From positions 2,973-66,972 of the IMG/VR virus record IMGVR_UViG_3300037461_000726: 64,000 nt of DNA; one strand, 5' to 3'. Shown here one piece after another: positions 9,469-18,961 of this stretch. The stretch's first letter is position 1; the number at the start of each line of letters is the position of its first letter. The notes under the pieces are model-generated. The model was not told where the DNA came from. It made no database searches and saw only the letters and a list, made by a program, of their open reading frames with translations. This stretch comes from a virus. The translations under genes and the position numbers were made by a program.

Positions 9469-9646
9469 TTGTCAATGTTTCCCAAAACATCTGTCTCATC
9501 TTACGCTCTTCTTTATCTTCTTTTTCATGCGCACTTAGTGACTTGTCAATTATCATGGGATTTTGCATACGAGCCTTTAACCATTTTGCTTCGTTCTCGT
9601 CAAGAACCAAAGTTACCCGTACTTCCTTTTTAACTTCTGTTTTCAT
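9455..9646 (-). CDS. Hypothetical protein
   Basis: RBS (ggagga), coupled ORF. Confidence 0.5.
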   Translation of the reverse strand: MKTEVKKEVRVTLVLDENEAKWLKARMQNPMIIDKSLSAHEKEDKEERKMRQMFWETLTIENI

Positions 9647-9658
9647 AAATCCTCCTTT

Positions 9659-10039
9659 TTATTCTCCTATTTTAAATTTCTTTATCAATGTTCCTACTGG
9701 AACATGAAGCTCAAACTTGCCCTCACTGTTCCTATAAACACTTCCATCTTGCTCATCATACATGGCCGAATAAAGCATATACGGGGAATTAGAATCTTCA
9801 ACGATAATAGTTTCATCGGCATCAAGTTTGACTAATTTATATTTATTAGCAGATATGTTTTTATACACATAATAATAAGTTGTTTGACCTATGTTCCCGC
9901 AACCAATGATAAAATCACCTTTAATTTCGTTCTTTTGGGATAATGACGAAATATCAATTTTAAATTGTTTTTCCTTCCACCCATTTTGAACACACCCTAA
10001 AACCAATAACGCTAACAACAAACAAATTGTCCTTTTCAT
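9659..10039 (-). CDS. Putative lipoprotein
   Basis: MKRTICLLLALLVLGC lipobox-like signal peptide. Confidence 0.55.
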   Translation of the reverse strand: MKRTICLLLALLVLGCVQNGWKEKQFKIDISSLSQKNEIKGDFIIGCGNIGQTTYYYVYKNISANKYKLVKLDADETIIVEDSNSPYMLYSAMYDEQDGSVYRNSEGKFELHVPVGTLIKKFKIGE

Positions 10040-10044
10040 CTTAT

Positions 10045-11775
10045 TTACTCCTTGTCGTAAATTGCATCCATTATGTTTTTCTTCGTCATCCCTGCATCCG
10101 TAATGTCGGCGTTAAAGTTACGTTTCCTTCGTAACCTCTTATACACCCAACTGTCAATGAACCCGTCCATCAGCAAGTCATAATAAAATACCGGGTTCTT
10201 TTGCCCGATTCTCCAGTTCCTGCGCTCCGACTGCGAACGGACAATCGGCCTAAGATGATTGCTGTACCACACCGCATATGTGGCCTTGTTCAAGGTTATG
10301 CTTAAATGACCGGCATCATTTTGTACCACCAAATGGTCAACGTTTCCCTTTTCAAATTCCCTGACCATATCTCCTCTTTCGCTGGCCGACAAATCGCCAT
10401 TGAATAGGGCCACAGATTTGCCCTTCTTTGTCAAGGCTTCGGTAATCATCTTACCTTCTTCCTTGAACTGATGCCAAACCAACGTCTTTATATTCCTCCA
10501 CTCATCCAACATCATCATTAGTTCTTTCAATTTTTCAGTCCCTACAATATGAGATTGCCCATCATTGTCAATCAACGTCCCGCCGCAAACCTGCTGCAGC
10601 TTTATAAACTGAGTAAGCATCATATTAACATTGATGAACGCTTCATTGTTGTAATTATCCAGATAGGACACGATATCCTCTTCAACAATCTTGTTGTATA
10701 GGTCAATTGTACTTTGATTAGGAATCACTCGTCTGATTAACCAGTTCTGTTCTGGCATGTCAAGAACATCCTCTGACCTTGCCCTATACCCATGTCGTTT
10801 ACAAATGGCCGTCAACTCGTCTATGTTACGGTAAGATTCGATTTGTTTATTCTTATACCCGCCCATGTTGCAGAAGTGGCCTCTGAAAGCATAGTAGCTC
10901 CTGTTGCCCACGATTGTCGGGTCCAGCCAATAAAGCTGGCTATACAAATCTATCGGATTATTGGGAATCGGGTCCCCGGTAAGTATCCGTTTGTACCCGG
11001 CAAGTAGGCCCAACTTGGTGCAAAATATGGTCCTCAACGACTGCCAGTTGGCTATACAGGTGGACTCATCAATGATAATCATGCATTTCGAACTGGACAT
11101 CAAAAATAATGAAGCCACGGAAAATCCATCTTCAACGTTAGCTTCGATTTGCTTTATCTTGTTTACGATTTCCTCAATCTTCTCTTGGTCATGTGTCGTT
11201 TCTAGTTTTTTCGCATACTTTGTGTTGTTTATGTAATTGGAAACTAACACGTCATGATTAATTATGTAAAAGCACATACCGAAATTTGGCGGTGTCTTGG
11301 GCCAAGAGGAAAATGAGATACCGTCAGCATTTTTCTGTAACTCGTCTTCCCATACAGAAATAGCTGAAATAGGGCATATCACCAATACGGTATCGATTTT
11401 TCTTTGTTTGTGTAGAATCATTGCATCATCGATTGCAACTTTTGTCTTACCCAAACCGGGCTCAAGGAAATACGCATAAGCTTCCCGGCCATTACAATTA
11501 GCCAGCGCTTCCAGTTGGTGTTTAAATGGGTCACGTTTAAACTTGTAGTCAATCTCGGTTAAATATTTAGTCACATCAACCGTGTTTTCCGGTTCCTCTA
11601 TCCTCAAATCAACCTTAAACAGTCTGTTGACGGCTTCAACGTTGGGATAAGTGGCGGTAATTTCCCATTTCATATTTTTCATTTTTGCAAACTTGAAATA
11701 TGATTTGAAGGTCTTGCCTAGTTTCAATACGTCAGCATGGTCAATGTAGATTTTACCGTTCCGGAGTTCAACCAT
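10045..11775 (-). CDS. SNF2-like (SF2) DNA helicase
   Basis: EPGLGKT, IIDEST, ILTGDPIPN, QSERRNWRIGQK. Confidence 0.9.
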   Translation of the reverse strand: MVELRNGKIYIDHADVLKLGKTFKSYFKFAKMKNMKWEITATYPNVEAVNRLFKVDLRIEEPENTVDVTKYLTEIDYKFKRDPFKHQLEALANCNGREAYAYFLEPGLGKTKVAIDDAMILHKQRKIDTVLVICPISAISVWEDELQKNADGISFSSWPKTPPNFGMCFYIINHDVLVSNYINNTKYAKKLETTHDQEKIEEIVNKIKQIEANVEDGFSVASLFLMSSSKCMIIIDESTCIANWQSLRTIFCTKLGLLAGYKRILTGDPIPNNPIDLYSQLYWLDPTIVGNRSYYAFRGHFCNMGGYKNKQIESYRNIDELTAICKRHGYRARSEDVLDMPEQNWLIRRVIPNQSTIDLYNKIVEEDIVSYLDNYNNEAFINVNMMLTQFIKLQQVCGGTLIDNDGQSHIVGTEKLKELMMMLDEWRNIKTLVWHQFKEEGKMITEALTKKGKSVALFNGDLSASERGDMVREFEKGNVDHLVVQNDAGHLSITLNKATYAVWYSNHLRPIVRSQSERRNWRIGQKNPVFYYDLLMDGFIDSWVYKRLRRKRNFNADITDAGMTKKNIMDAIYDKE

Positions 11776-12027
11776 CTACTGCCCCTTTCTTACATATTCA
11801 CAAAAATACTTTCTACATGACTCAGGTTTAAAACCATGCACAACACACCCTCTAAAAAAGGTAAGAAATGGGCATTTTCCATCTATATATGGTATTACCC
11901 ATTGAAAACCGTCATACATAGCATACTGTTTAAACGGGTCATTTCCCTTTTCCATTTCAGTGAGAACACACGCATGACCATGTTCTTTAGAATCGCAACA
12001 ACAGAAATTACACATTAAACAGTGCAT
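11776..12027 (-). CDS. Cys-rich (YkgJ-like) hypothetical protein
   Basis: CLMCNFCC...CPFL...CVVH..KPESCRKYFC. Confidence 0.55.
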   Translation of the reverse strand: MHCLMCNFCCCDSKEHGHACVLTEMEKGNDPFKQYAMYDGFQWVIPYIDGKCPFLTFFRGCVVHGFKPESCRKYFCEYVRKGQ

Positions 12028-12041
12028 TAATCGGGTCCTTT

Positions 12042-12515
12042 TTAATAAAATTCGCCGTCATCTTCGCCTAATGATTGTATGTCAACCTTTGTTTCAAACT
12101 CCCTTTTATCCGTCAATTCCCATTTCACTTTTCCCCACAGTTCCGGGTTATCATGAATGTTACCGATGACTTTAATCATCTGGGAATGTCCATAGTTTAA
12201 CGTGTCCCACATTGGAGTGTCCTTTTTAAATATCATACCAAACCCGGCACTGTTAAGCGGCCCGCCGTGACTGATTACCATAACACGCGGACTGTACGGG
12301 TCACTATAATTTACTTCTACAATATCTCCTTCAAAAACATTATGACCATTTTTATCAGGAATGTCCGGTACTAGTTGGCCCACAGTTTCTTCTACTACTG
12401 AAATGCTTACACCATCTTCCTTCATTATGTAACAAAAAGTGCCGATTTTATAAAAATAGCCATTTACCCAATTATTCCCAACAACCGCCTTTCCTCTAAA
12501 CTCGATTTTTCTCAT
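12042..12515 (-). CDS. YopX family protein
   Basis: MRKIEFRGK..., TVGQL...DKNG..VFEGDIV, VIGNIHDNPEL. Confidence 0.85.
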   Translation of the reverse strand: MRKIEFRGKAVVGNNWVNGYFYKIGTFCYIMKEDGVSISVVEETVGQLVPDIPDKNGHNVFEGDIVEVNYSDPYSPRVMVISHGGPLNSAGFGMIFKKDTPMWDTLNYGHSQMIKVIGNIHDNPELWGKVKWELTDKREFETKVDIQSLGEDDGEFY

Positions 12516-12655
12516 TTCTTTTTCTCCTTCTTACAACATAGTTTACAAATTTTATCTTCATGAAACTTCTTCATTTCCTCTTTGGTTTTAAACATGGTCC
12601 AATCGATGTTTTTCCCGCATTTTGGACACTTAAATAATGTTTCTCTGGCCATGTG

Positions 12656-12820
12656 TTATAAAGCCCCCTTTACTATGTCATCTAGATAGAGTATTATGAA
12701 AGCCAACACCTCTTTATCCCGCCCGTCATATATTGCCTCTTGTAAAGTGTTGTAATTAGTTCCTTCTGCCTTATTAAACCAATAAAGCAGTTTGTTCTGT
12801 AAAGTCTGTTCTTCGGCCAT
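12656..12820 (-). CDS. Hypothetical protein (start trimmed to the RBS-supported ATG)
   Basis: aggagaatgttATG at 12820. Confidence 0.45.
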   Translation of the reverse strand: MAEEQTLQNKLLYWFNKAEGTNYNTLQEAIYDGRDKEVLAFIILYLDDIVKGAL

Positions 12821-13192
12821 AACATTCTCCTTTCTTAAAAATATACCTTCGCCGCGATAGCGAATGCAATGCAAAAAGTCATACCTAAAATACAAGCGGC
12901 CACTGTGACCACTTCAACCGGCTTTTCCTTTGCCAAGTCCACAAACTTGTCCATCTTATTTTTTCTTCTGTTCATATCTCTATTCTCCTGTTACCTTTAT
13001 CCATTTAAATTTTGACCTTCGATAAGCCTTAGAAGCTTCATCCCATGTAACCTTCGGATTTAAAAAGTGCCACAAATGAAAAAACCGAGCCACTTTTTTC
13101 TCTTCCATGTCAATCTCTAATCTTCTTCGTTTTGCATCGCCCATGTTCAAAGTTTCCTATGTTCTTTAATCGGTTAAAGAAAATGGGAAACC

Positions 13193-13214
13193 GGGGGCCT
13201 TGGAACAGGCCCCC
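13193..13214 (-). terminator. Probable intrinsic terminator
   Basis: GGGGGCCT-GTTCCA-AGGCCCCC stem, then a U-rich tail, just after the stop of 13236..13835. Confidence 0.6.
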
Positions 13215-13235
13215 AGCCCTAATTTTCAGAACGAA

Positions 13236-13835
13236 CTATTTGCCGTTCGTCTTTTTGTTACCCTTGGTCTTTTTCAGTTCGCCGATTTTCTTCAACCGGC
13301 CAGCCTTAACGCAGGGTTTGCACTGCTTGACTTGGAACAGGTCACTGTTTTTCACGTACCTGACGTTGCCGCACTTACAGGTAATCTTGTTTGTGTATAA
13401 TGCAGCCGGGAGATGTTCCTTTTCGCCGTTGTAATCCAATTGCGTGACCATGGCACCGCCCTTGGGGATAACAGTGGTTTTGCTTTCGGGTTTTTTTACA
13501 TCCTTCTTTCCTTTTTTCATGGTATCATTCTCCTTTTCTTCATTTGGTGATGATGTTTCAATTTCTTCCTTAACAGGCGCGACTCCGTTTTCACCTTTGC
13601 GGATTTCGCCACCGCTTACGTTAAAGAAACGTTTGCCCTTGATTTCGTAAGTGCTAGTGTCGCCCTCAATCCAGAAATAGCACGTACCATCAACCAATCT
13701 GCCTACGATAATAGGCCCGCCGATTTTGCAGTCAAATTTGCAGAACTTTCCTTTTGCCTTTGTTACCGTTCTTGCCAATACATTCTTTAAAATCGCCTCT
13801 CTCGCTTCCTTACCCATTGTTGCCATTGCATCCAT
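13236..13835 (-). CDS. Hypothetical protein
   Basis: RBS aggaga; C-terminal CKCG...CKPC. Confidence 0.6.
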   Translation of the reverse strand: MDAMATMGKEAREAILKNVLARTVTKAKGKFCKFDCKIGGPIIVGRLVDGTCYFWIEGDTSTYEIKGKRFFNVSGGEIRKGENGVAPVKEEIETSSPNEEKENDTMKKGKKDVKKPESKTTVIPKGGAMVTQLDYNGEKEHLPAALYTNKITCKCGNVRYVKNSDLFQVKQCKPCVKAGRLKKIGELKKTKGNKKTNGK

Positions 13836-13870
13836 GATAATTCTCCTTTTAAAGTTTAATAGTTATATGT

Positions 13871-14065
13871 TTATTCGCCCTGTTTCGGTTTCCTGTAAAT
13901 GTTAATCCCGGCGCTGATGCCGGGGGCAACTTCACAATTTCCACCGGTGCTGGCAATGGAAATGTTTTTCCCTTCGCCCTTTTTGGTCCTGCCGTAGTTC
14001 TTGGTCAAATCAGCCGTTATCGTCAACGTTGTTCCTTCTACCTTGAATACTAAATTCTCTACCAT
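13871..14065 (-). CDS. Small hypothetical protein
   Basis: RBS gaggaga; glycine-rich small beta-type protein. Confidence 0.6.
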   Translation of the reverse strand: MVENLVFKVEGTTLTITADLTKNYGRTKKGEGKNISIASTGGNCEVAPGISAGINIYRKPKQGE

Positions 14066-14122
14066 GGCTCAATTCTCCTCTCTCTAAAATTAAAATGTTT
14101 ATACTTCTAATAAACCCCACGT

Positions 14123-14671
14123 TTAAAAATCGGCCTCATCACTCAACAGTGAAAAAATCAGTTGCCCCACTTCCAATAAAAACTCGTGATAAGACTTATT
14201 TTCCTTTGATAACTCATCTATCTTAATCAACGCTTCTAGTTTCTTTGCTTTCTCATCCAAACTTATATCTCTCATAATCTCTCCTCTCTCAATTTTATCA
14301 AATACCACTACTTCCACTTCACCACTTTCCTTATACACAACAAATCCGTCATGGCCTAAAGAAACTAAGTCTGCGGTCAATTTGCTCGAATTTTCCAGTC
14401 TGTCCTTTATTTCGCCACACCCGGACCCTATTTTGTTTTTCCCTCTAATAGTGCCGTACATATCGTCTGCAAGAATATATGCTTCTATCTCAAGTAGCTG
14501 TATGGGGTTAAACAATACAATGGTTTCACACTTAACTTTACTGCTATATGCTTTTGCTACATGCGGGTCAGAGGACCAGTATTCACCTCTTCCAAAATCG
14601 CCGGGGTCAGAAGCAAACTCTTTTCCTCTCTTGTCTGTTACCCCTCTATAAAGTGGCATTTGAAATAACAT
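14123..14671 (-). CDS. ADP-ribosyltransferase-like (ART-PolyVal-like) protein; likely start 14671
   Basis: LYRG...FGRGEYWSSD..VAKAY...LFNP...LGHDG....EVEVVVFD; RBS aggagagatagag before ATG at 14671. Confidence 0.6.
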   Translation of the reverse strand: MLFQMPLYRGVTDKRGKEFASDPGDFGRGEYWSSDPHVAKAYSSKVKCETIVLFNPIQLLEIEAYILADDMYGTIRGKNKIGSGCGEIKDRLENSSKLTADLVSLGHDGFVVYKESGEVEVVVFDKIERGEIMRDISLDEKAKKLEALIKIDELSKENKSYHEFLLEVGQLIFSLLSDEADF

Positions 14672-14720
14672 CTCTATCTCTCCTTTCTTCAAAGACCCTG
14701 TTAAAACAGGAGCTTTGAAG

Positions 14721-14750
14721 AAAGGGCAACCGTCAAAGTGGTTGCCCTTT
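14721..14750. terminator. Hairpin downstream of 14760..15467
   Basis: Perfect 11-bp inverted repeat AAAGGGCAACC/GGTTGCCCTTT, 8-nt loop. Confidence 0.55.
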
Positions 14751-14759
14751 CCGGTTGCC

Positions 14760-15467
14760 TTAAGCGGCCATGTAGATGTCACACAAATCACAGAGCTCGC
14801 GGGTCCGACTATCAATCGTGAAAAGATTGAGGTCCCTGTTCATTCTCGTTACTGCACCGTGGAACTCATAAAGGGTGCCGGTCTTGGACTTGACCAGTTC
14901 CAATTCGGCGGTGTGTGCTTCCAGGAACTTGTTAAAATGATTGGGTGCCAGGATTCCTCTCTCCATCGCATCGTATGTAATTTGCTTGAACTTTGGGGCT
15001 TCCAGTGCATACTTGCGGAGTCCCTCATGCCATTTGACTGTTTCCTTACCTTGAACAATTACTTGGTCAATTGCCCGGTCTTCGATTTCCAGAAGCTCGT
15101 CATAGGAAATCCCGGAAGTGTGTTTGCGGAACTCGATGAAATCGCCCTTAAACTGCATGTTACTGCAGACTATTACATGGGTCCCGGCGCATACGCCGAC
15201 TGCAAAGGTCTTCATGATGGAATTGCGCAAGCCGACCATGAGATTCTGCCCGGATTTAATGATGTCCAGTACAAAGGTACCGAAGATGTTGTTACCATGA
15301 TTTTTAACGCTGTAGGTTTCGGACACCACCTTGATGCCCTTGTTTTTGAGAACTGCTGTTAGACTGTTGATGACTTCCTTATGAGAAATCGGGTGCCACG
15401 TCTTGGTGTACTCCGGGCTAGGAATTGCCATCACTTCATTTCTTGTAAAACGCTCTTTGCTGTTCAT
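14760..15467 (-). CDS. DUF932-like protein
   Basis: TWHPISH..., GLRNS...VIVCSNMQF.GD...RKHT. Confidence 0.6.
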   Translation of the reverse strand: MNSKERFTRNEVMAIPSPEYTKTWHPISHKEVINSLTAVLKNKGIKVVSETYSVKNHGNNIFGTFVLDIIKSGQNLMVGLRNSIMKTFAVGVCAGTHVIVCSNMQFKGDFIEFRKHTSGISYDELLEIEDRAIDQVIVQGKETVKWHEGLRKYALEAPKFKQITYDAMERGILAPNHFNKFLEAHTAELELVKSKTGTLYEFHGAVTRMNRDLNLFTIDSRTRELCDLCDIYMAA

Positions 15468-15591
15468 AATCTCTCCTCTCTTAACTATTTAATGGTTTCG
15501 GTTAAAGTGACCGCAAAAACTGTCACCACTGCTAAAACTGCCGCTATCAAAATTGTCTCCATCTTCCGTCTCTCCTCTCAACTACAGGACC

Positions 15592-15621
15592 ATTATAACA
15601 CATCTTATACCATTTTGTCAA
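15592..15621 (-). promoter_or_regulatory. sigma70-type promoter
   Basis: TTGACA-N18-TATAAT, TG extended. Confidence 0.65.
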
Positions 15622-15720
15622 GATATCGCTTTATCGTGTCCCTCTTAAGTCTCCTTTCAAAAACGTTCTATGCCACCCCTCTTCCGGGCCGTTTCCGGAA
15701 GAGGAGCAGGAACAACATTT

Positions 15721-16422
15721 TTAACGATACTTAATGTCATTCACCATCTTTTCAACTTCCTTTTTCCGCTTTAATATGATTTCCAGTACCGTTCGCGGGG
15801 TCAAATCAACCTTGCCAAATGTCCACTTCATGTCTCCATCGGTAAACTTGCTTACCAGCATCTGGCCGCTTTTGCTTACATAATTCTCGATATATAAGTC
15901 GCGCTGATTTTCGCCAACTCTATATAAATTGACTATCCCGCCATAAATCCTGTTTCTTGTCGCATCAATATGGGCCTCACTCCTGCGGAACTCGACAACC
16001 TCATCAATGCTTGGGATGCCAACGGTAAACGTGCTAGGCAGTTTGTTGATTTCATCCACTATCTGCATTTGTCTTTCCCGGACATCGTTTTCTATCTTCC
16101 TGTTTACTTCGTCTTCCCACTCGGCCAGAAAATTGATTTCATCCAAATTGGTGGTAATAAGCCTATAGCGCTCATGCCATGTCTCATCCATCAATTGAGG
16201 GTTATGTTCCCCAAAGCCGGTAACACCGCCGCTATACATGCCAGAAATGAACAAAGTCTGTTTGACGTTGATAAACGCATATCTTAATCTCGTCCATCTG
16301 TCATCATCCTTGGCGAAATGGTCAGGTTCCGCAACCACTGCCAGTCTGAATGTTTCAACCTGCCCATCAATGATTAAACTTGCCGCTACGCCACAACCGT
16401 TTTTCAATTTATCGATACTCAT
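15721..16422 (-). CDS. Hypothetical protein
   Basis: RBS gaggaga, 233 aa ORF. Confidence 0.6.
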   Translation of the reverse strand: MSIDKLKNGCGVAASLIIDGQVETFRLAVVAEPDHFAKDDDRWTRLRYAFINVKQTLFISGMYSGGVTGFGEHNPQLMDETWHERYRLITTNLDEINFLAEWEDEVNRKIENDVRERQMQIVDEINKLPSTFTVGIPSIDEVVEFRRSEAHIDATRNRIYGGIVNLYRVGENQRDLYIENYVSKSGQMLVSKFTDGDMKWTFGKVDLTPRTVLEIILKRKKEVEKMVNDIKYR

Positions 16423-16445
16423 TTTTCAATCTCCTCTCTCTATAA

Positions 16446-17399
16446 TTAATTGTTTAATGCTCTCTTTTCAGTTCCCTTGTTCTCGACAAAAGGTTCCAAG
16501 TTAAGTCTGCTTCCCGCCGCATATCCAGCTTTTCTGGAGTCTCTTCCTTGTCTCATCTTCTCCAAGTCCTTTATGCTGTATGTCTTGCGACTTTCCCTGC
16601 TGTTGCGCCGTTCCCATCTTTTTTCCCATGCCCTGTCTGCCTTTGCCTGTTCCTTATCCCGCTTTGCCTGTTCCTTTTCTGTCAACGGTCTTTCCCAAGG
16701 ATATTCCTGATAATACGCTTCCAAATCCCTTGCCTTCAATTCCTCTTTTCTTTTTCTTCGTTCTTCCCGTTCTTTATCCTGTTCCTTCTCTCGTTCAGTC
16801 TTCTGCCCATCGGTCCGATACCCGTATTGCTTTTCCATGTAGTCGCTGATTTCAGTCTCATGATGAACAACTAACGCCATAACTGATTGATTGTCGCGTT
16901 CAGTCTTTTCCTTTAACATTTCCTGCAGTCTGGACACAGCGCCGATTCCAAAATTCACCTGCCAGCGCAACGGGTCAATGTGTTCTTCGTTCTTCTGCAT
17001 GTATATTTTGCGCTCTTCCCCGGATATCCTCTTAATCTGGTCAATTAACCAACTGTACAGCATCTTCAAACTTTCCACGTTGTCTTTGCGCCCGACAAAT
17101 CTCACGGTCTTTGCGTATCTGTTCACTATCGGATGGCAATAGTAATATTTGGCAATTCCTTCTGCCAGATTCAACTTCCATGTGAAAGCGGCCTTTCCCA
17201 AATCATGCTTGTCTTCCAATACATCGGGCTTGCTTCCACCCTTCATTTCCAAATCGGCCATGCTAAGATTGTGCAGTGTAAGAAGTTCTTCTAATTTGTG
17301 GGCCGCTGCCTGTGCTTCACCTTCCATTGGGCTGCTCATCAATGCAAGAACTTTCTGCAGTCTCTCTACTATTCTTTCATTTACTCTTTCCTTTTCCAT
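16446..17399 (-). CDS. DUF2786 domain protein
   Basis: ERLQKVLALMSSPMEGEAQAAAHKLEELLTLHNLS N-terminus. Confidence 0.8.
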   Translation of the reverse strand: MEKERVNERIVERLQKVLALMSSPMEGEAQAAAHKLEELLTLHNLSMADLEMKGGSKPDVLEDKHDLGKAAFTWKLNLAEGIAKYYYCHPIVNRYAKTVRFVGRKDNVESLKMLYSWLIDQIKRISGEERKIYMQKNEEHIDPLRWQVNFGIGAVSRLQEMLKEKTERDNQSVMALVVHHETEISDYMEKQYGYRTDGQKTEREKEQDKEREERRKRKEELKARDLEAYYQEYPWERPLTEKEQAKRDKEQAKADRAWEKRWERRNSRESRKTYSIKDLEKMRQGRDSRKAGYAAGSRLNLEPFVENKGTEKRALNN

Positions 17400-17401
17400 T
17401 T

Positions 17402-17632
17402 TTAAATCTCCTCTCTCTTGACTAATTTGATTGTATTGCCATTACAAATTACGCTCTTACCGCGAAGTTGTCCATTTCTGAACATCTTCCTCTGGCCGCA
17501 ATTGCAAGTAAATTCGACTTCAAATCCTTTCATGAAACTGATTAATGTCGCTTCTCCTCTTGTTGCCGGTGTCTCTTCGTGTTTCATTTCATCTCTCCTC
17601 TCTTTTTGGGTCCCGGTTGGCTTTCTCCCCAA
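17402..17632 (-). CDS. Hypothetical protein (start probably the internal MKHEET)
   Basis: RBS gaggagagatgaaATG; CNCG. Confidence 0.45.
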   Translation of the reverse strand: MGRKPTGTQKERRDEMKHEETPATRGEATLISFMKGFEVEFTCNCGQRKMFRNGQLRGKSVICNGNTIKLVKREEI

Positions 17633-17643
17633 CCTTCAAGAAT

Positions 17644-17673
17644 ATTTTACCACACAAAGATATATTTTGTCAA
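17644..17673 (-). promoter_or_regulatory. sigma70-type promoter
   Basis: TTGACA-N18-TAAAAT, TG extended. Confidence 0.65.
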
Positions 17674-17809
17674 GTATCGAATTTATATATCCAGAGCCCG
17701 GTAAGGACGCGGGTTCCGGATATATAAATTCGTCAAATGTATTGTTAGAAGTGTTCTAAGAGTGCCACGCGGGCCATGTAGTTCCACCCCCCTCTAGAGA
17801 GGGGGTTCT

Positions 17810-18082
17810 TTATTCCTTAATCTTGTTTACTGTTTTCTTATCTACGTCCCGGATAAAGCATGGCGTTTTTTCGCCTAACCATGCACCGATTTGATTGAAA
17901 AGATAATATTCCCATGCTTCCGCTTCAGACATGTTCTTCATCAACTTTGCTATTATTAAATCAACTGAATAGCAAAGAATCGGCTCCTGATTAAACCGTT
18001 CAACCATGCCGACAACGCAATCATCAAATCCGTCCATGCGTAATGCGCCGTCTGCAATTTCGTTTATCTTTTTAGTCTTCAT
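17810..18082 (-). CDS. Phage hypothetical protein
   Basis: MDGFDDC.VG..ERF...EAWEY..FNQIGAW.GEKTP pattern typical of phage ORFs. Confidence 0.6.
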   Translation of the reverse strand: MKTKKINEIADGALRMDGFDDCVVGMVERFNQEPILCYSVDLIIAKLMKNMSEAEAWEYYLFNQIGAWLGEKTPCFIRDVDKKTVNKIKE

Positions 18083-18294
18083 TTTATCTTTGTGAATTTG
18101 AATTTTTCCCGGACCATGGAACTGAAAAGCTGGCCCACGCTTTCCTTCTTTTTAACGGCCAATTTAAAAGCATCATTAACTTCCTTCGGTACGTCAGCGT
18201 ACTCGTACTGACTGCCGCTTAAAAAATCAACAGTGAACGTCTTCTTTTTTGCGTTGTATTTAACTTCCTTGATGTTACTTGATTTCACTTTCAT
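18079..18294 (-). CDS. KTSC domain protein
   Basis: VKSSNIKEVKYN...F.SGSQYEYADVP...SVGQLF...VR. Confidence 0.85.
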   Translation of the reverse strand: MKVKSSNIKEVKYNAKKKTFTVDFLSGSQYEYADVPKEVNDAFKLAVKKKESVGQLFSSMVREKFKFTKIK

Positions 18295-18306
18295 TTTGCG
18301 CTCCTT

Positions 18307-18501
18307 TTATCTGTTTTTCAAACATTTAACATGAAAATAGAATATGGTCCTATTTATGCGCGGCCCGAAACTATAACTTTTCTTCGGTTGCCACCACCAC
18401 ACCCTTTTCCTACAACAGGAACAGAATATCTTTCGCGTTCTTGTGTGTCTTTTTATAAACCTCTCTATTCTCATATTCCTTCCGGTATCGGTATCAACCA
18501 T
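18307..18501 (-). CDS. Hypothetical protein
   Basis: Short ORF, CSCC...HVKC. Confidence 0.4.
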   Translation of the reverse strand: MVDTDTGRNMRIERFIKRHTRTRKIFCSCCRKRVWWWQPKKSYSFGPRINRTIFYFHVKCLKNR

Positions 18502-18655
18502 GCTTCCTTGTTTTTGTTCTTCGGGCAGAAATTACATGTTCTTTCATCTGCACCCTGCTCCCTTACACACTGCATTGACTCTATGTCATCCCACTTTTTC
18601 CACCCGCAGTCATTTTTGTAATCCTTCAACATTTACATCATCCTTTTTAAAATCA

Positions 18656-18737
18656 AATAATAAGGGTACAGGTTGCCAAAGAGCGTTACCTCACAAGTTT
18701 CTGTATAGAATACTCCCCAAGCCATACCCTTATTATT
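18656..18737 (-). ncRNA. Candidate structured RNA (long closing stem with internal hairpins)
   Basis: 13-bp perfect inverted repeat AATAATAAGGGTA/TACCCTTATTATT at 18656-18668 and 18725-18737. Confidence 0.35.
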
Positions 18738-18744
18738 TTAAAAA

Positions 18745-18823
18745 GACAGGCGGCACTCATGCCCTTACGACAACATCTACCACCAATATTGTAGTATACA
18801 AGCAATTTGTTTCGCCGCCCGCC
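18745..18823 (-). ncRNA. Candidate tRNA-sized cloverleaf RNA
   Basis: Closing stem GGCGGGCGGC/GCCGCCTGTC (10 pairs incl. 2 GU) enclosing ACAA/TTGT, TACTAC/GTGGTA and ATGTT/GGCAT hairpins. Confidence 0.45.
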
Positions 18824-18872
18824 ATAAATTTCGGAGAGTAGAGCAGTTAAGAAACCTATCGGTTTCACGGTC

Positions 18873-18958
18873 TGCAACAGAAGGGGAATCGAACCCTATT
18901 TCACCCCTTGCATTTCTGCGCGGCTTTCTGTCAGAGTACCACCTCACCTACTCCCGTT
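18873..18958 (-). ncRNA. Degenerate tRNA-like element
   Basis: T-loop GGG-TTCGATT-CCC; AACGGGA/TTCTGTT acceptor-like pairing; no clean D or anticodon arm. Confidence 0.35.
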
Positions 18959-18961
18959 TGT

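Noticed and set aside
14672-14815. N-terminal extension of ORF 14123..14815
   Set aside because: It crosses a terminator-like hairpin and overlaps the upstream gene; the RBS supports the ATG at 14671.
18686-18877. 63-aa CDS
   Set aside because: No clear RBS or motif, and it overlaps strong stem-loop structures that are better explained as RNA elements; kept only as an alternative.
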